From NCBI GenBank assembly GCA_977017645.1, contig OZ360223.1, positions 28,024,001 to 28,088,000 on the forward strand: 64,000 nt of DNA, read 5' to 3'. Below the pieces are notes generated by a model that saw only the letters and a list, made by a program, of their open reading frames with translations, was not told the DNA's origin and did no database searches. Every line of letters begins with the position of its first letter. Position 1 is the first letter of the stretch. Source of the stretch: Torpedo marmorata. Taxonomy: Eukaryota. The position numbers were made by a program, and so were the translations under genes. Shown here in pieces: positions 1 to 13,143 of this stretch.

Positions 1-3000
1 CGTGGTGTTGGTGTCTCGACCGGGCACGCCGAGTCCAGGTGTGCCAGCTTCAGCCTGTCTGTGGTGAAGACCTCCGTCTTGCCTACGACCTCCAGCTCGA
101 ACGTGGCCCCGTTGTTGCGGATAACCCGGAACGGACCCTCGTATGGCCTTTGAAGCGGTGGACCATGTGGACCCCTGTGAATGAAAACATACTCACAGTC
201 CTGCAGATCTCTGGGTATGTTTGTCCTCGCGTGTCTGTGCCTGGAAGGTGGAATCGGGGCCAGGTTGCCGACTCTTTCCCTTAGCCTGCTGAGGAACGCT
301 GCAGAGTCGTCCTGCTGCCCGCCTGGGGATGGTACGAATACTCCTGGGACCACCAGTGGAGCTCCATAGACGAGTTCGGCCGAAGAGGTGTTGAGGTCCT
401 CCTTGGGTGCCGTGTGAATGCTCAACAGCGCCCATGGTAGCTCGTCTACCCAGTTGGGACCTTGGAGTCTGGTCATGAGCACGGTCTTGAGGTGCCTGTG
501 GAAGCGCTCCACCAATCCATTGAACTGTGGGTGGTAAGCTGTTGTGTGATGCAGCTGGGCACCCCACAGGCTGGCGAGGTCGGACCACAGACGGGAGGTG
601 AACTGGGCCCCTCTGTCGGATGTGATGTGGGATGGTAACCCGAACCATGCCACCCAGGACGAGATGAGGGCCCTGGCGCACGAGGTTGTGGACGTGTCTG
701 CCAGCGGGACTGCTTCTGGCCACCTGGTGAAGCGATCGACCATCGTGAACAGATAGCGGAAACCCTGGGATACTGGCAAGGGTCCTACTATGTCCACGTG
801 GATGTGGTCGAACCTTCGTTCTGCGGGCTCGAAGTGCTGAGGTGGGGTCTTGGTGTGCTGCTGTACCTTGGCTGTTTGGCATTGCGTGCACACCTTCGCC
901 CACCCGCTGACCTGTTTCCGCAATCCATGCCACACGTATTTGTTGGCCACCAGCCGGACCGTGGTCCTGACGGATGGGTGAGCCAGGCCGTGGATGGAGT
1001 TGAAAACCTGTCGTCTCCAAGCCGCCGGGACGATGGGTCTGACCTGACCGGTGGCCACGTCGCACAGGAGGGTGGTGTTACCTGTGCCGACTGGGATGTC
1101 CTGGAGCTGCAGTCCCGATATGGTAGTCCTGTACTGGGGCATCTCCTCATCTTTCTGCTGCACCTCCGCCAGTGCCTCGAAGTCCACTCCCCTTGATAGC
1201 ACGTGGATACTTTGCCTGGACAGTGCGTCGGCCACCACATTGTCCTTACCGGAGATGTGCCTTACATCTGTGGTGTACTCTGAGATGTAAGACAGGTGTC
1301 ATTGCTGGCGGGCCGACCAGGGGTCCGAGATCTTAGCCAAGGCGAAAGTCAGGGGCTTGTGATCTGTGAAAGCCGTGAAGGACCTGCCCTCCAGGAAGTA
1401 CCTGAAGTGGCGGATGGCTAAGTACAGCGCCAGTAGCTCTCTGTCGAAAGCGCTGTACTTCAGTTCTGGAGGCCGCAGATGTTTGCTGAAGAAAACCAGC
1501 GGCCGCCAACTTCCTTCGATCTGCTGCTCCAGAACTCCACTGATCGCCGTTCCTGAGGCATCCACCGTCAGGGCCGTTGGAGCGTCTGACCTGGGATGTG
1601 CCAGGAGAGCGGCGTCCGGCAGGGCTTCCTTGGCCTTCACGAAGGCTTCTGCTGACTCCTCGTTCCAGGTGATGTCCTTCGCCTTGCCTGCCAGCCGGGC
1701 GAACAAGGGCCACATGATCCAGGCAGCTGAGGGGATGAACCTGTGATAGAAATTGATCATCCCCATGAACTCCTGTAGTCCCTTGGTCGTGTTGGGTCTG
1801 GGGAACTTCCGCATGGCCTCCACTTTACTGGGTAGCGGTGTGGCTCCTTCCTTGGTTATCCTGTGGCCCAGGAAGTCGATGGCCTCCAATCCGAACTGGC
1901 ATTTGGCTGGGTTGATTGTCAGGCCGAACTCGCTCAGTCGGGTGTAGAGGTTGCGGAGGTGCGTCATATGCTCCTGTTGGTTCCTGCTCGCCACCAGGAT
2001 GTCGTCCATGTACACGAAGTTGCCGTCCAGGTCTTGGCCCATCGCATCCATGAGTCGCTGGAAGGTCTGTGCGGTGTTCTTTAGCCCGAACAGCATTTGG
2101 AGGAAATCAAAGAGGCCGAACGGGGTGATGATGGCGGTCTTGGGGATATCCTCGGGGTGTACCGGGATCTGATGATATCCCCGCATGAGGTCCACCTTGG
2201 AGAAGATCCTTGCCCCGTGCAGGTTAGCCACGAAGTCCTGGATGTGCGGCATGGGGTACCGATCCGGTGTTGTGGCCTCGTTGAGCCGGCGGTAGTCGCC
2301 GCATGGTCTCCAGCCCCCATTTGCTTTGGGTACCATGTGCAGGGGAGAAGCCCATGGGCTGTCCAACTGCCGAACGATGCCGAGCTCCTCCAGCTTCCTG
2401 AATTCCTCCTTCGCCAGCTGGAGCTTCTCCGGAGGAAGGCGTCTTGCCCTTGCGTGGAGCGGCGGGCCCTGGGTCAGGATGTAAGAACATAAGAAAGTAG
2501 GAACAGGAGTAGGCCAACCGGCCCATCGAGCCTGCTCCGCCATTCAATAAGATCATGGCTGATCTGATCAATGACCTAACTCCACCTACCTGCCCTTTCC
2601 CCATATCCCCTAATTCCTTTTTTATGTAAAAATCTATCCAACTGAACCTTAAGTATGTTCAATGAAGCAGCCTCAACCGCTTCCCTGGGTAGAAAATTCC
2701 ACAAATTCACCACTCTTTGGGAAAAACTGTTTTTCCTCATCTCTGTCCTAAATCTACTCCCCCGAATCTTGAGGCTGTGTCCCTTAGTTTTGGTCTCACC
2801 CGCCAGTGAAAAAAACCTTCCTACCTCTATTCTATCCATCCCCTTCATAATTCTATATGTTTCTATAAGATCTCCTCTCATTCTTCTGAACTCGAGCGAT
2901 TATAATCCCAGACGATTTAATCTTTCATCATAAGTCAACCGCTTCATCTCAGGGATCAACCTAGTAAACCTCCTCTGGACTGCCTCCAAGGCCAGTATAT

Positions 3001-4160
3001 CCTTCCTCAAATATGGAGACCAGAATTGCACACAGTACTCCAGGTACGGTCTCACCAGTACCTTGTACAGTTGCAACATTAACTCCTTGCTCCTGAATTC
3101 AATTCCTCTCGCGATGAAGGCCAACTTTCCATTTGCCTTCTAAAGAACCTGCTGCACTTGTAACCCAACTTTTTGCGATTCGTGCACAAGCACTCCCAAG
3201 TCCTTCTGCACAACAGCATGCTGCAGTTTTTCACCGTTAAATAATACTCTGCTCTTTTATTTTTCTTTCCAAAGTGAATAACCTCGCACTTACTAACATT
3301 GTACTCCATCTGCCAGACCGATGCCCACTCACCTAACCTAACTACTGGTATATCCCTCTGCAGCCTCCAACATCCTCAGTACAATTTGCTCTTTCACTCA
3401 ATTTAGTATCATCCGCAAACTTGGCTACACCACATTTTGTCCCCTCCTCCAAATCATCAATGTAAATGATGAACAGTTGTGGGCCCAGCACCGACCCCTG
3501 CGGCACCCCACTTACCACTGTCTGCCAATCAGAAAAACACCCATTTATCACGACTCTCTGCCTCCTGTCAGACAACCAATCCTCAATCCATGCCAATATA
3601 TTTCCCTGGACTCCATTCACTGATAAGTTTCTTATATGGTGCTGTACTCCATGTCGGGGCATCACCGTGTTGAATTGGGGGGTGAGCACTGCAGGGAACT
3701 CAGCCAGAACCCTGGCGCACTCTTTGTCCGATCTTTGTACGGAGTCCAGGTGGAGGGGTGGGAGCCTGGCGTCTTTGAGGGGGAAGGTTTGAAAAGTCTT
3801 GGCGTGGACCAATCTCTTTCCCTTGAGGTCCACTAGCAGGCTGTGGGCGCGCAGGAAGTCTGCCCCGAGGAGCGGCTGTTCCACTGTGGCCAGCGTGAAC
3901 ACCCACGAGAAGGGGCTGCCTCCCAACAGCAGTTTGGCCTTGCGGGTACCGTAGGTCCGAATCGTGCTGTTGTTGGCAGCCCTCAGCGTGGGGCCCGACT
4001 GCCTGTTCCTGGTGTGTTGTCCCGATGGGAGTAGGACGCTGACCTCTGCTTTTGTGTCCACGAGGAAGCGTCGTCCGGACTGGCGGTCCCAAACGTACAG
4101 GAGGCTGTCTTGGTGGCCAGCCGTCATGGCCATTAGCGACGGCTGGCCCCGGCATTTCCC
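1..4160 (-). pseudogene. Gypsy pol (PR-RT-RH-IN), split by CR1 insertion at 2482-3634 and a stop at 1299
   Basis: ORFs 3342-4226 (protease part) and 1299-2543 (RT/RH); the frame reads PRHGVQHH|[15 protein letters not shown] across the insertion. Confidence 0.9.
2482..3634 (-). mobile_element. 5'-truncated CR1 (HER1-like) LINE inserted in Gypsy pol
   Basis: RT motifs SGVPQGSVLGPQLF, KFADDTKL, LVRPYLEYCVQFWSP; 3' tail TTTCTTATGTTCTT on minus strand at ~2482-2496. Confidence 0.93.
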
Positions 4161-4825
4161 TGAAACGTGCATGGCGGCCTGCACCGGTGGGCTCCGGCGC
4201 CCCATCTCTGGTGGTAGAAACACCACTGGTCGTCTGGATCACCTCCTCTGGGGCGCTGCTGTTCTCTTGACGGCTCTGCATGGGTTTGGATGCAGGGTTT
4301 AGTGATGAGCCCCAAGGACGCCGCGCATTCTCTCTTCTGTTTCCACAGAACATCCGCTTGTGCTGCGATTTTCTGGGGGTTGCTGAAATCTGCGTCAGCC
4401 AGGAGCAGTTGTATGTCCTCGGGCAGTTGCTCCAGGAATGCCTGCTCGAACATGATGCAGGGCTCGTGTTTTCCCAGGAGGGTCAGCATCTCGTTCATGA
4501 GGGCTGACGGGGGCCTGTCCCCTAGCCCGTCCAGGTGGAGCAGACGTGCCCCTCTCTCACGCCGTGAGAGCCCGAAGGTCTCGATCAGCAAGTCCTTGAA
4601 GGCGGTGTACGCGCCTTCCGATGGGGGCTCCTGGATGAAGTTGGCCAACCGGCCTGCTGTTTCCTGGTCCAGGACGCTCACCACGTGGTAGTACCAGGTG
4701 GATTCTGCTGTGATCTGCTGGATCTGGAACTGTGCCTCAGCCTGGTCAAACCACACGCGTGGTTGATTCATCCAGAAGGTCGGCAGCTTGAGAACGACCG
4801 CATTGACTGCTGCCTGTTCGCTCAT
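4133..4825 (-). CDS. Gypsy gag (230 aa, uninterrupted)
   Basis: ORF with KLPTFW..PRVWFDQAEAQF and C-terminal CHCC knuckle; ends just after a G GGA AAT slippery-like heptamer (4154-4160). Confidence 0.88.
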   Translation of the reverse strand: MSEQAAVNAVVLKLPTFWMNQPRVWFDQAEAQFQIQQITAESTWYYHVVSVLDQETAGRLANFIQEPPSEGAYTAFKDLLIETFGLSRRERGARLLHLDGLGDRPPSALMNEMLTLLGKHEPCIMFEQAFLEQLPEDIQLLLADADFSNPQKIAAQADVLWKQKRECAASLGLITKPCIQTHAEPSREQQRPRGGDPDDQWCFYHQRWGAGAHRCRPPCTFQGNAGASRR

Positions 4826-4850
4826 CGCTGGGTTTAGATGCCGTCTAAAC

Positions 4851-4864
4851 CGTTGGGGTCACCA
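4851..4864 (-). promoter_or_regulatory. Primer-binding site, tRNA-Trp type
   Basis: Minus strand TGGTGACCCCAACG, 2 nt after the LTR, complementary (1 mismatch) to the tRNA-Trp 3' end. Confidence 0.85.
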
Positions 4865-4866
4865 AT

Positions 4867-5260
4867 TGTAGCCCGGCGCTACTCGAAAGAAGACACAGAT
4901 ACGTAGTGTAGTCAGGTTAAGCTCTGAGTTTTTATTAGGGCTCAGGCCTGACTTTTATATTTGCTCTGTTCCCGCCGTGGCCTCCTTTTGCTGACGTCAC
5001 AACATGCATAACAAAAGCAGGTTTCCCACGCGCGGGTACTTTCCTGCATAACAATACCCTTCTTCCCCGCGTGCTGTCCTTGTCTGTTGGCTGCGCAGCA
5101 AGGCCAGCGCCATTTTGGGGTCGCTGGCCTTTAAGCTGCCCTTTCCGTTCACCCATCCGGTTCGCTTGTTGGGGCCAGTGCCGCTGCGCGGGCTGCTGGC
5201 CTTTGGTTGCGCTCGCCGCCTGGAGCGCCGGCTCGATTGCCGCCGCCGTGGGCCGCCACA
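4867..5260 (-). repeat. 5' LTR of Gypsy element (394 bp)
   Basis: TG...CA termini; minus-strand TATA-like TATAAAA ~4953-4959 and AATAAA ~4931-4936; directly followed by PBS. Confidence 0.85.
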
Positions 5261-5344
5261 ATATAAAGTTTAATATTTTAAATTACTTTTGGGGGATTTC
5301 TGAATGTGCTGAGTAACTATGCAGGATATTTTCAAACTTCATTT

Positions 5345-5935
5345 TTGGAGTTTAATTTGGAGAAGTGTGAGATGTTGCATTTTGGGAGGTCAAATGTAAG
5401 GGGAAAGTATGCAGCACTCTTAACAGCATTGGTTTGCAAACGGATGGAGGGGAGTGTGGGTGCCCAGGTCCAGAGCTTCCTGTGAAAGTAGATAGGGTGG
5501 TAAAGAAGGCATATGCATACTTGTCTTCAACCGTTAGAGCAATGAGTACAAGAGCATGTTGCAGATATATAGAACTTGTGTTAGGCTGCACTTGGAGTAC
5601 TGTATTGTGTGCAATTCTGGTTGCCTATGAGAGGAAAGAAGTGGAGGCTTTGGAAAGGATACAGAAGAGATTTCCCAGAATGCTGCCTATATTAGAGGCT
5701 GTGAGCTATGAGGTTGCACAAGTATGGGTTGTTTACTCTGGAGTGTTGGAGGCTGATAGAAGACCTGATAGAAGTTTATAAAATTATGAGAGAAATTGGT
5801 AGGGTACACAGTCAGAATCAATTCCCAGAGGAACTTTGTAACATACCAGAGGACATATGGTTTGGGGTGAAGAGATGAAGACATTTAAAGATATGCGGAG
5901 CGACTTTTTTTTTTTACACACTGTGGTCAGTGTAC
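5345..5935 (+). mobile_element. Degraded CR1 LINE 3' fragment
   Basis: KCEMLHFG-, VDRVVKKAY- and EALERIQKRFPRMLP-like remnants with frameshifts. Confidence 0.8.
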
Positions 5936-5944
5936 TGTTTAAGT

Positions 5945-6715
5945 TTGAAACACGAAAGTCTGCAGTTGCTATGATTATAGTAAAAACACACAGAAATGCT
6001 GGAGGAACTCAGCCAGTCTTGCAGCGTCCTTAGGAGGTAAAGATATATTACTGATGTTTCGAGCCTGAGCCCTTCTTCAAGGTATAAGCAAAGAACAGGA
6101 AAGCGTCAGAATAAAGACTGAAGAATGGCAGGGGGAGGAGTCCAGACCAACAGCTAAAAGGTGTTAATTGGATATGATAAGAGGAAAGGTGGGAGGGGGT
6201 TTAACAGAAACCGAAGTGTGTTTTAATGCCATCCGGTTGGAGTGTGTCCAGACGGAAGATGAAGTGTTGTTCCTCCAATTTGTAGGTGGTCTTGGTCTGG
6301 CAGTGCATGAGACCATGAACAGACATGACAGCAAGGTGCTCAACAAAGCGATCTCCCAGTCTCTCTGATGCAGAGGAGAACACAACGGGAGCACCGGATG
6401 CAGTAGATGACCCCTGCAGATTCACGTGAAATATTGCTTCACTTGGAAGGGCTGTTTGGGGCCCCGAATGGTGGTGAGGAAGGAGATGTGGGTGCTCCCA
6501 TCTCCTCCCTCACCGCCCTGTGACCGCAGGAGCATCTCCTCATCTTCCGACTGGGCACCCTCCAACTGGATGGATGGCATTATGATTGACTTCTCTGGTT
6601 TCATTTAACGCCCCCTTTCTTCCCCCTGTTGCCTTACCCCCTGCTCTGTATCTCTCTCTCTCTCTTCCCTTTTCACTGTCTCCTTTCACAGAGCCAAAAT
6701 CAATTCTCACCTTTA
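5945..6715 (-). mobile_element. Penelope-like element fragment (GIY-YIG remnant plus 3' pseudo-LTR) with an inverted distal piece
   Basis: RLGDRFVEHL..KLEEQHFIFRLDTLQPDG on minus strand; ACAGAAATGCTGGAGGAACTCAGC terminal motif; ~6520-6715 is in the opposite orientation. Confidence 0.85.
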
Positions 6716-7000
6716 TTAGGTAGCGGGAGATGTAGTTGGAATCCATAGAGAGTTCTTTTTATATTCTGAACTGCAATCATCACCGTCAGTAGCTTTTTCT
6801 GATCTTGAGCAGAACAGCTCCCATATCATGCTGTGAGAGAGTGTGAGAAAAATAAATTTAATTTGGCCATTGCACAGATGAATTTTTAGGCTTTAGGTAT
6901 TCCTTTTAAATTTCTTAACCTTAACTGATTGCTTCACTGGTGGTGTTGGTCTAATATATAAAAGGTGCCTGCCAGTTTTACAGTCAATTAGGCTGTCAAC

Positions 7001-7675
7001 TGTATTGTGGAGTGTCGTGGCTGTCACGTGATAGCACTGCCCACTACCTGTTCGGAAGACACACCACCTGCCAATCAAGGTTTGGCCCCGCCCCACCCAT
7101 CAGTGCATACCTGACTGTTGGCCCCTTTAAGTACCTTTGTACTTGGCCTTGGGCCATTGGCCGCTGTAATGGATTAGACCTTCCTGGCACCGAGCCATTG
7201 GCCCCCTGTAAATGACCTGGGCTGGACCCCCCCAGCCTTCCAGTACCATAAATGGCGCCATGTGTGCTCGGTTCTTTCTCTTTGTCATCTTCGAGGGACC
7301 ACCCTGCTTCATTCCAGGCCGAGTACCGTGGAACGGTGCTGGAGAAATCGTTTGGTGAGGTGTGCACTGTTAAGGGTTGGGAGCATCATTTTAGTTAGTG
7401 TCCCTAGTAGCATAGAGCCGTGCCTGCACTGAGTCAAGGGGTGGCGGGTATCGTATTGTTTTTCCTTGATTGTATGTACCTAGTTCGTTGTGTGTGTGTG
7501 TTTTATTCCCATTACGATTTTCCCACGCTCGTTTTCTATAAATTGTGCGCGTGTGTGTTTTATTCCCGTTGCGATCTTCCCACGCGCGTCTTCTGTAAAC
7601 TAAATTATTTACTGCCAGACTCTGTTCAGAGTCCTTGTTTTAAGATGCATCGAATTTGTTTTCTCACTCACAACA
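7001..7675 (+). mobile_element. Solo LTR
   Basis: TGT...ACA termini with imperfect inverted ends, 5-bp TSD TCAAC/TCAAG, TATA-like CCATAAAT, internal duplications, no coding body. Confidence 0.65.
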
Positions 7676-8379
7676 TCAAGTAAAACTGGTTCCATGAAAT
7701 TCCTGCCATTTGATTCCCAATTATGGATCCCAATGCAGGTTCTCCTAATCCACAGCATGCAGGTTTCCACAAAAGATTATTTTTTACCAAATTAATTCAA
7801 CAGGACTTCGGTGAGCAAGCCTGGAAAGAAGGAAAGCTATTGTTTAGTATTTAAGAGGTAAAACTAACAAAAAAATCAATAACAATTCAATAATCACTGA
7901 TGTAAACTTGGACTTTGAAGCTAAGGTAACAACAAGGGTGGATGTACTTCAGTACAAAACATCTAAAACTGTAATGCAGCAGAAGCACAAGGTTTTCTCA
8001 GATTATAGATTAGAGAACAGTAGCTGAGTGCTATTGCTGAGATTTGTTGTGTCACGTGGGAATTTTAGGTTATTTCAGATGTATTGGCAGGAGTTCAAGC
8101 TTAGAATTTCTAAACTTTGGAGGCACCTGTAATCACTGTAGAGGGTTAAAGGTGCAAGTTGCTGAACCTTCTTTATTGGCATAATGTATAGTCTATGTTT
8201 CAGAGTCATGTAGAAAAATGCTAAAAGGGCTGTCCTTGCGTATCAGCATCTTGATTGTAAGCTCAAAGTTGTTATTTCTTACAGGATCAATTTATTAACT
8301 GGTCAGTCTTTGTGCCTGCCTTCCCATTCCACATACTGAACTTTAAGCAAAATGTTGTCTGTAACTATGGATCCAAGTT

Positions 8380-9114
8380 AGGATCTGGTTTGGATGGAGT
8401 ACCTGGCCGAGTTCTGAAAACTTGTGCTGACCAGCTTGCCAGTGTATTCAGGGATATCTTCAACATCTCACTTGGCAGCACTTCGTACCCACCTGTTTCA
8501 AAAGACCTCAATCGTGCTGGTGCCAAAGATGTGTGTGATAACCTGCCTAAATCACTACCGACCAGTGGCACTTGCATCCACAGTTGAAGGTGTTTTGAGA
8601 GGCTGGTGCTGAAGCATGTCAGCTCTTCTCTGAACGGTGACATTGATCCGTTCCACTTTGCTTACCGCAGCAACAGGTCAATGGCAGATGCCTTCTCACT
8701 GGCTCTACACAAAGCCCTAGAACATCTGGACAGCAAAGATGCATACATCAGGATGCTCATTATCGACTCCAGTTCGGCATTCAACACCATCATCCCCTCA
8801 AAACTGATCAGCAAACACCAAGACCTGGTCCTCAACCCCCCACTGTGTAATTGGATCCTAGATTTCCTCGCCTCCAGACCACAATCAGTGAGGATTGGCA
8901 AGGACATCTCCACAATCTACGTCAGTACTGGAGTACTACAGTGGTGCTTTCTTAACCCCCTGCTCTACTCGCTTTGCACCTATGACTGTGTGGCTCGATA
9001 CGACAATAACACCATCTACAAATTTGCTGACGATACCACGGTAGTGGGTTGTATAAAAAGGGGTGATGAATCAGCATACAGGAGGGAGATTGAAAGCTTG
9101 GCTGAACGGTGTAC
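8380..9114 (+). mobile_element. Rex1/Babar-type LINE, left part (split by the Gypsy element at 9115-17700)
   Basis: [48 protein letters not shown]; continues at 17701. Confidence 0.9.
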
Positions 9115-9354
9115 TGTCGTGGTCGTGCACTTACCTTCGTTGGGAGCTGTGCCGGTCACTGCTGATGACGTAAGCGAAGCGACATGCGGGAGTAATAGCG
9201 CGCATGCACGGGTGTGTTAAGTGTCAGTATACGGGTGATGGATCTCAGACGCAAGAGGAGTAGAGTGAGAGTGTCAGGATCACCCATGTGGCGGTGAGCC
9301 AATAAGAAGGTCAGAGGGGTTTGGCTGGGTGGTGTTTGGGGAGTTGAAGAATGC

Positions 9355-12300
9355 TGGCATATATTAAAAAGATAGGAGTGGAACTGGCCTTCCTTCAAGA
9401 AACTCATTTAACAGAAAAAGAACACCAAAAATTAAAGAAAGGATGGGTGGGCCAGGTCATAGCATCCTCATTTAACTCAAAAGCAAGAGGAGTAGCAATT
9501 TTAAAAGGAAAAAATGTTCCAATTGAAGTGCAAGATGTTGTTGAGGACCCTTCAGGTAGGTATATAATGGTTCACTGTCAGATATATTCAGAGCCCTGGA
9601 CCCTGATAAATTTGTATGCTCCTAACGCAGATGATGAGAAATTTACTCATGAAACATTTCTGAAATTGGCAGATGCACAACAAAACATCTTAGCGGGTGG
9701 AGACTTTAATTTTTGTCTGGATCCAGTTCTAGATAAGTCAGGAAGAATAATTATAAGGACAAAAGCAGCTAAAGCTACTTTGCAATTAATGAAAGAGCTG
9801 AATTTAATGGACGCCTGGAGAAGACTTCATCCAAGGGAAAGGGATTACTCTTTTTATTCATGCAGACATAATTCATACTCTAGGATAGATTTATTTTTGA
9901 CATCAGTTCATTTACAGGGTAGAAATGTGGAACCTGAATATAAAGCAAGACTTTTATCAGATCACTCACCTTTGGTATTAATAATTACAATGCCAGAGAA
10001 ACAAAAGACGGTGTATAGATGGAGATTAAATTCATTGTTGTTGAGAAGGCAGGAGTTTTGTAATTTTATTAGGATACAAATTACAACGTTCTGAGAGACC
10101 AACTGTACTTCTATTACCGATAAATTTATTATATGGGATACTTTAAAAGCATATTTGCGAGGACAAATAATTAGCTATACTATAAAGATGAAAAAGGAAT
10201 CTACAAGGGAAGTGGATGAATTAGAACAAGAGATATCTCATTTGGAAAAGGACCTTCAAAAGTCAGTCTCTGAAGAAAAACATAGAAAATTAATTAAGAA
10301 AAAGCTCAAGTATAACACATTACAAACATATAAAATGGAGAAAATTATAACCAGAAACAAACAAAAATACTATGAGCTAGGGGAAAGAGCCCATAAGGTC
10401 CTCTCATGGCAGTTGAAAACAGAACAGGTCTCAAGAATAATTAATGCGAATAAAATGGAAACAGACAGGATTTCCTATAAACCACAGGACATTAATGAGG
10501 CCTTTAAATAATTTTATACTAAATTATATGAATCAAAATCTCAAAGGAATATTAATAAAATAGAAGGATTCCTGTCACAATTGGACCTTCCAAATTTAGA
10601 TCTAGAACAACAGAGGGAACTCAATGCCCCCTTTACCCAAGAAGAGATAGAGAGGGCACTGGGTTCATTGCAAATTAAGAAATCTCCAGGGGAGGATGGG
10701 TTTCCATCTGAATTTTATAAAGAATTTAAAGATCTTTTGATACCTCTTTTTATGGAGGTGTTGGATCAGGCGGTTGAAACACATACTCTCCCAGAATCAT
10801 TCTCAACAGCAATAATTATGGTGATAGCCAAAAAAGATAGGGATCCATTAAAACCGTCTTCTAATAGACCTATTTCATTCGGATTATAAGATTATTGCAA
10901 AAGCCTTGGCAAAAAGGTTGGCATTTTTTTTGCCAAAATTGATAAATATGGATCAGACAGGCTTTGTACAAAAAAGACAATTTGTGGATAATGTAAGCAG
11001 ATTTCTTAGTATTATACATCTGTCACAATCGAGAGGTGATCAGAGTGTCGCTGTGGCCCTGGATGCAGAAAAAGCTTTTGATAGAGTGGAGTGGGAGTTT
11101 TTATTTAAAGTACTGGAACGATTTGGACTTGGACAGAATTTCATAAACTGGATTAAGGCTTTATATAATAAGCCCCAAGTTAGAGTTGTGACCAATGGAC
11201 AAATTTCTTCAGCATTCCCACTATCCAGATCTACTAGGGAATGTTGTCCATTGTCTCCAGCTCTTTTTATCTTGGTTATAGAACCATTAGCAGAAGCTAT
11301 TCAGTGAGATCCAGACATCAAGGGATTCAGGGTTAACCAGGAAGAGCATAAAATTAATTTATTTGTGATGATGTACTGATATACCTGACAGAACCAGCAG
11401 CCTCATTAGAAAAATTGCACTTAAAATTGGAAGATTATGGGAACATTTCAGGATACAAGATAAATTGGGACAAAAGCGAGATTATGCCACTTACGGGTGG
11501 GGATTATACTCAATATCAAAGAAATATTAAATTTAAGTGGCTGGCAAATGGGATAAAGTATTTATGTATTAAAATAAATAATAACTTACAAGATTTATAT
11601 AAGTTAAATTACCTCCCCTTGCTTAGAAAAGATGAAGAGGATCTTAATAGATGGATGGCACTACCAATAACACTTATTGGTAGGGTTAATTGTATAAAAA
11701 TGAATATTGCCACGGGCTCAATATCTTTTCCAAACATTACCTATATCATTGCCTCGAAGGTTCTTTCACGATTTAAATAAATATATCAGGAAGTTTATTT
11801 GGAGAGGTAAGGTAGCCAGAGTCTCCACTAAAAAATTAACATGGAGATATGAACCCCACTGTTGAAACACATAATTGATATTTGGCATAAAATAAATGAT
11901 CAGATTGGGAATAAGGGGAGGTTATCTCCAAAAATGCCCCTGGCTCAAAATAGGCTTATACCTTTTATAATGGATAATAAGATCCTGGACACCTGGTCCC
12001 AGAAAGGGATCAGGTGTGTCGAGGATTGTTATGAGCAGGGACAACTTATGTCATTTGAACAATTAAAAAATAAGTATGGTATTATGAACAATACAATCTT
12101 CTGCTATTTTCAGTTGAGATCTTATTTAAGGGACAAATTGGCCCCATTAATGATCTTACCGAAATGCAGTGATGTGGAGACTTTGATTCGAAAGGGGATC
12201 ACGAAGAAGTTTATTTCAGCAATCTATTTTTTACTACAAATGGGAACGCCTAAACAGGGGCTACATAGATCGAAACAGAGATGGGAATCAGACTTGGATA

Positions 12301-13143
12301 TAATAATTGATGAACAAAACTGGTCCGACTGATGTCGGGACAGTATGAATAATACAATTAATGTGAGATACAGACTGGTACAATAAATTTAAATCAGAAA
12401 TATCAGATAAATGTTTTAGATGCGGCAAAGAAATAGGAACCTTTTTACATTCAACCTGGTCATGCCCCAAGTTAAGATCTTTCTGGATGGACTTAGGGAA
12501 ATTTTTGGAGAAAATTACAGAAACTCTGTTCCCACAATGTCCAGAATTGTTTTTATTGGGCAATATCTCCGGCGTAAGACCTAAGATGAGGCTGTCAAAA
12601 TTTCAAATAAAATTTGTAGAGATTGCATTGGCGGTGGCCAGGAAATGTATAGCGGTTACATGGAAGTCTGATTCCCATCTAGGTATAACAAGATGGAATA
12701 AGGAAATGTACAGTTGTGTTCCCCTTGAGAAGATTACCTATAATCTTAGAAATAAATATGATATATTCTTAAAGATTTGGAATCCATACTTACAATATAT
12801 AGCTGTAAATCTATAGTTAGCCCCCCCCCCCCTCGCCTCCAAGACCTATGTCCGTTTCCTCTTCAAAATCCAAGTAAGCCAAGTAATTTAAGCCTGCAGA
12901 ATAGACGGCGAACCTCCAACGTTTCTTTTTTTTTCTATTTCATCTTTTTCTAATTCCATTCATTTTTTTTTCTTTTGGGGGGGAAGTGGGTGGGCGGGGT
13001 TTTCTCTTTCTCTTTTTTTTCCTTCAGTATAATAGTCAACACATATCAGTTGTTTAATATGGATATTATATTTGATGATGTATTGTTTTTGTTATTGATA
13101 TTATGTTTGGCTTTAAAAAAATATAAATAAAATATTTTTAAAA
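9355..13143 (+). mobile_element. 5'-truncated L1-clade LINE (ORF2 APE endonuclease, RT, C-terminal Zn region), disrupted
   Basis: FLQETHL, GGDFN, SRIDLF, SDHSPL; LDAEKAFDRVEW; AATAAA plus A-tail at ~13125-13145; TSD AAGAATGC at 9347-9354 and 13144-13151. Confidence 0.95.

Larger units (their letters stand above)
1..5260 (-). mobile_element. Gypsy LTR retrotransposon, CsRn1-like clade; 3' part runs off the window start; interrupted by a CR1 LINE
   Basis: 5' LTR 4867-5260, tRNA-Trp-type PBS, gag with LKLPTFW and CHCC motif (CFYHQRWGAGAHRCRPPC), protease (FLVDTKAEVS), RT ([17 protein letters not shown]), RNase H (TVDASG, FTDHKPL), integrase-like sequence 1-1290. Confidence 0.95.

Noticed and set aside
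193-1240. Several overlapping 130-290-aa ORFs
   Set aside because: Alternative and antisense frames of GC-rich Gypsy integrase sequence.
6945-6990. GLIYKRCLPVLQ resembling the upstream CFAP20DC exon (GLIQRFLVLQ)
   Set aside because: No proper acceptor or donor, needs indels; treated as chance similarity.
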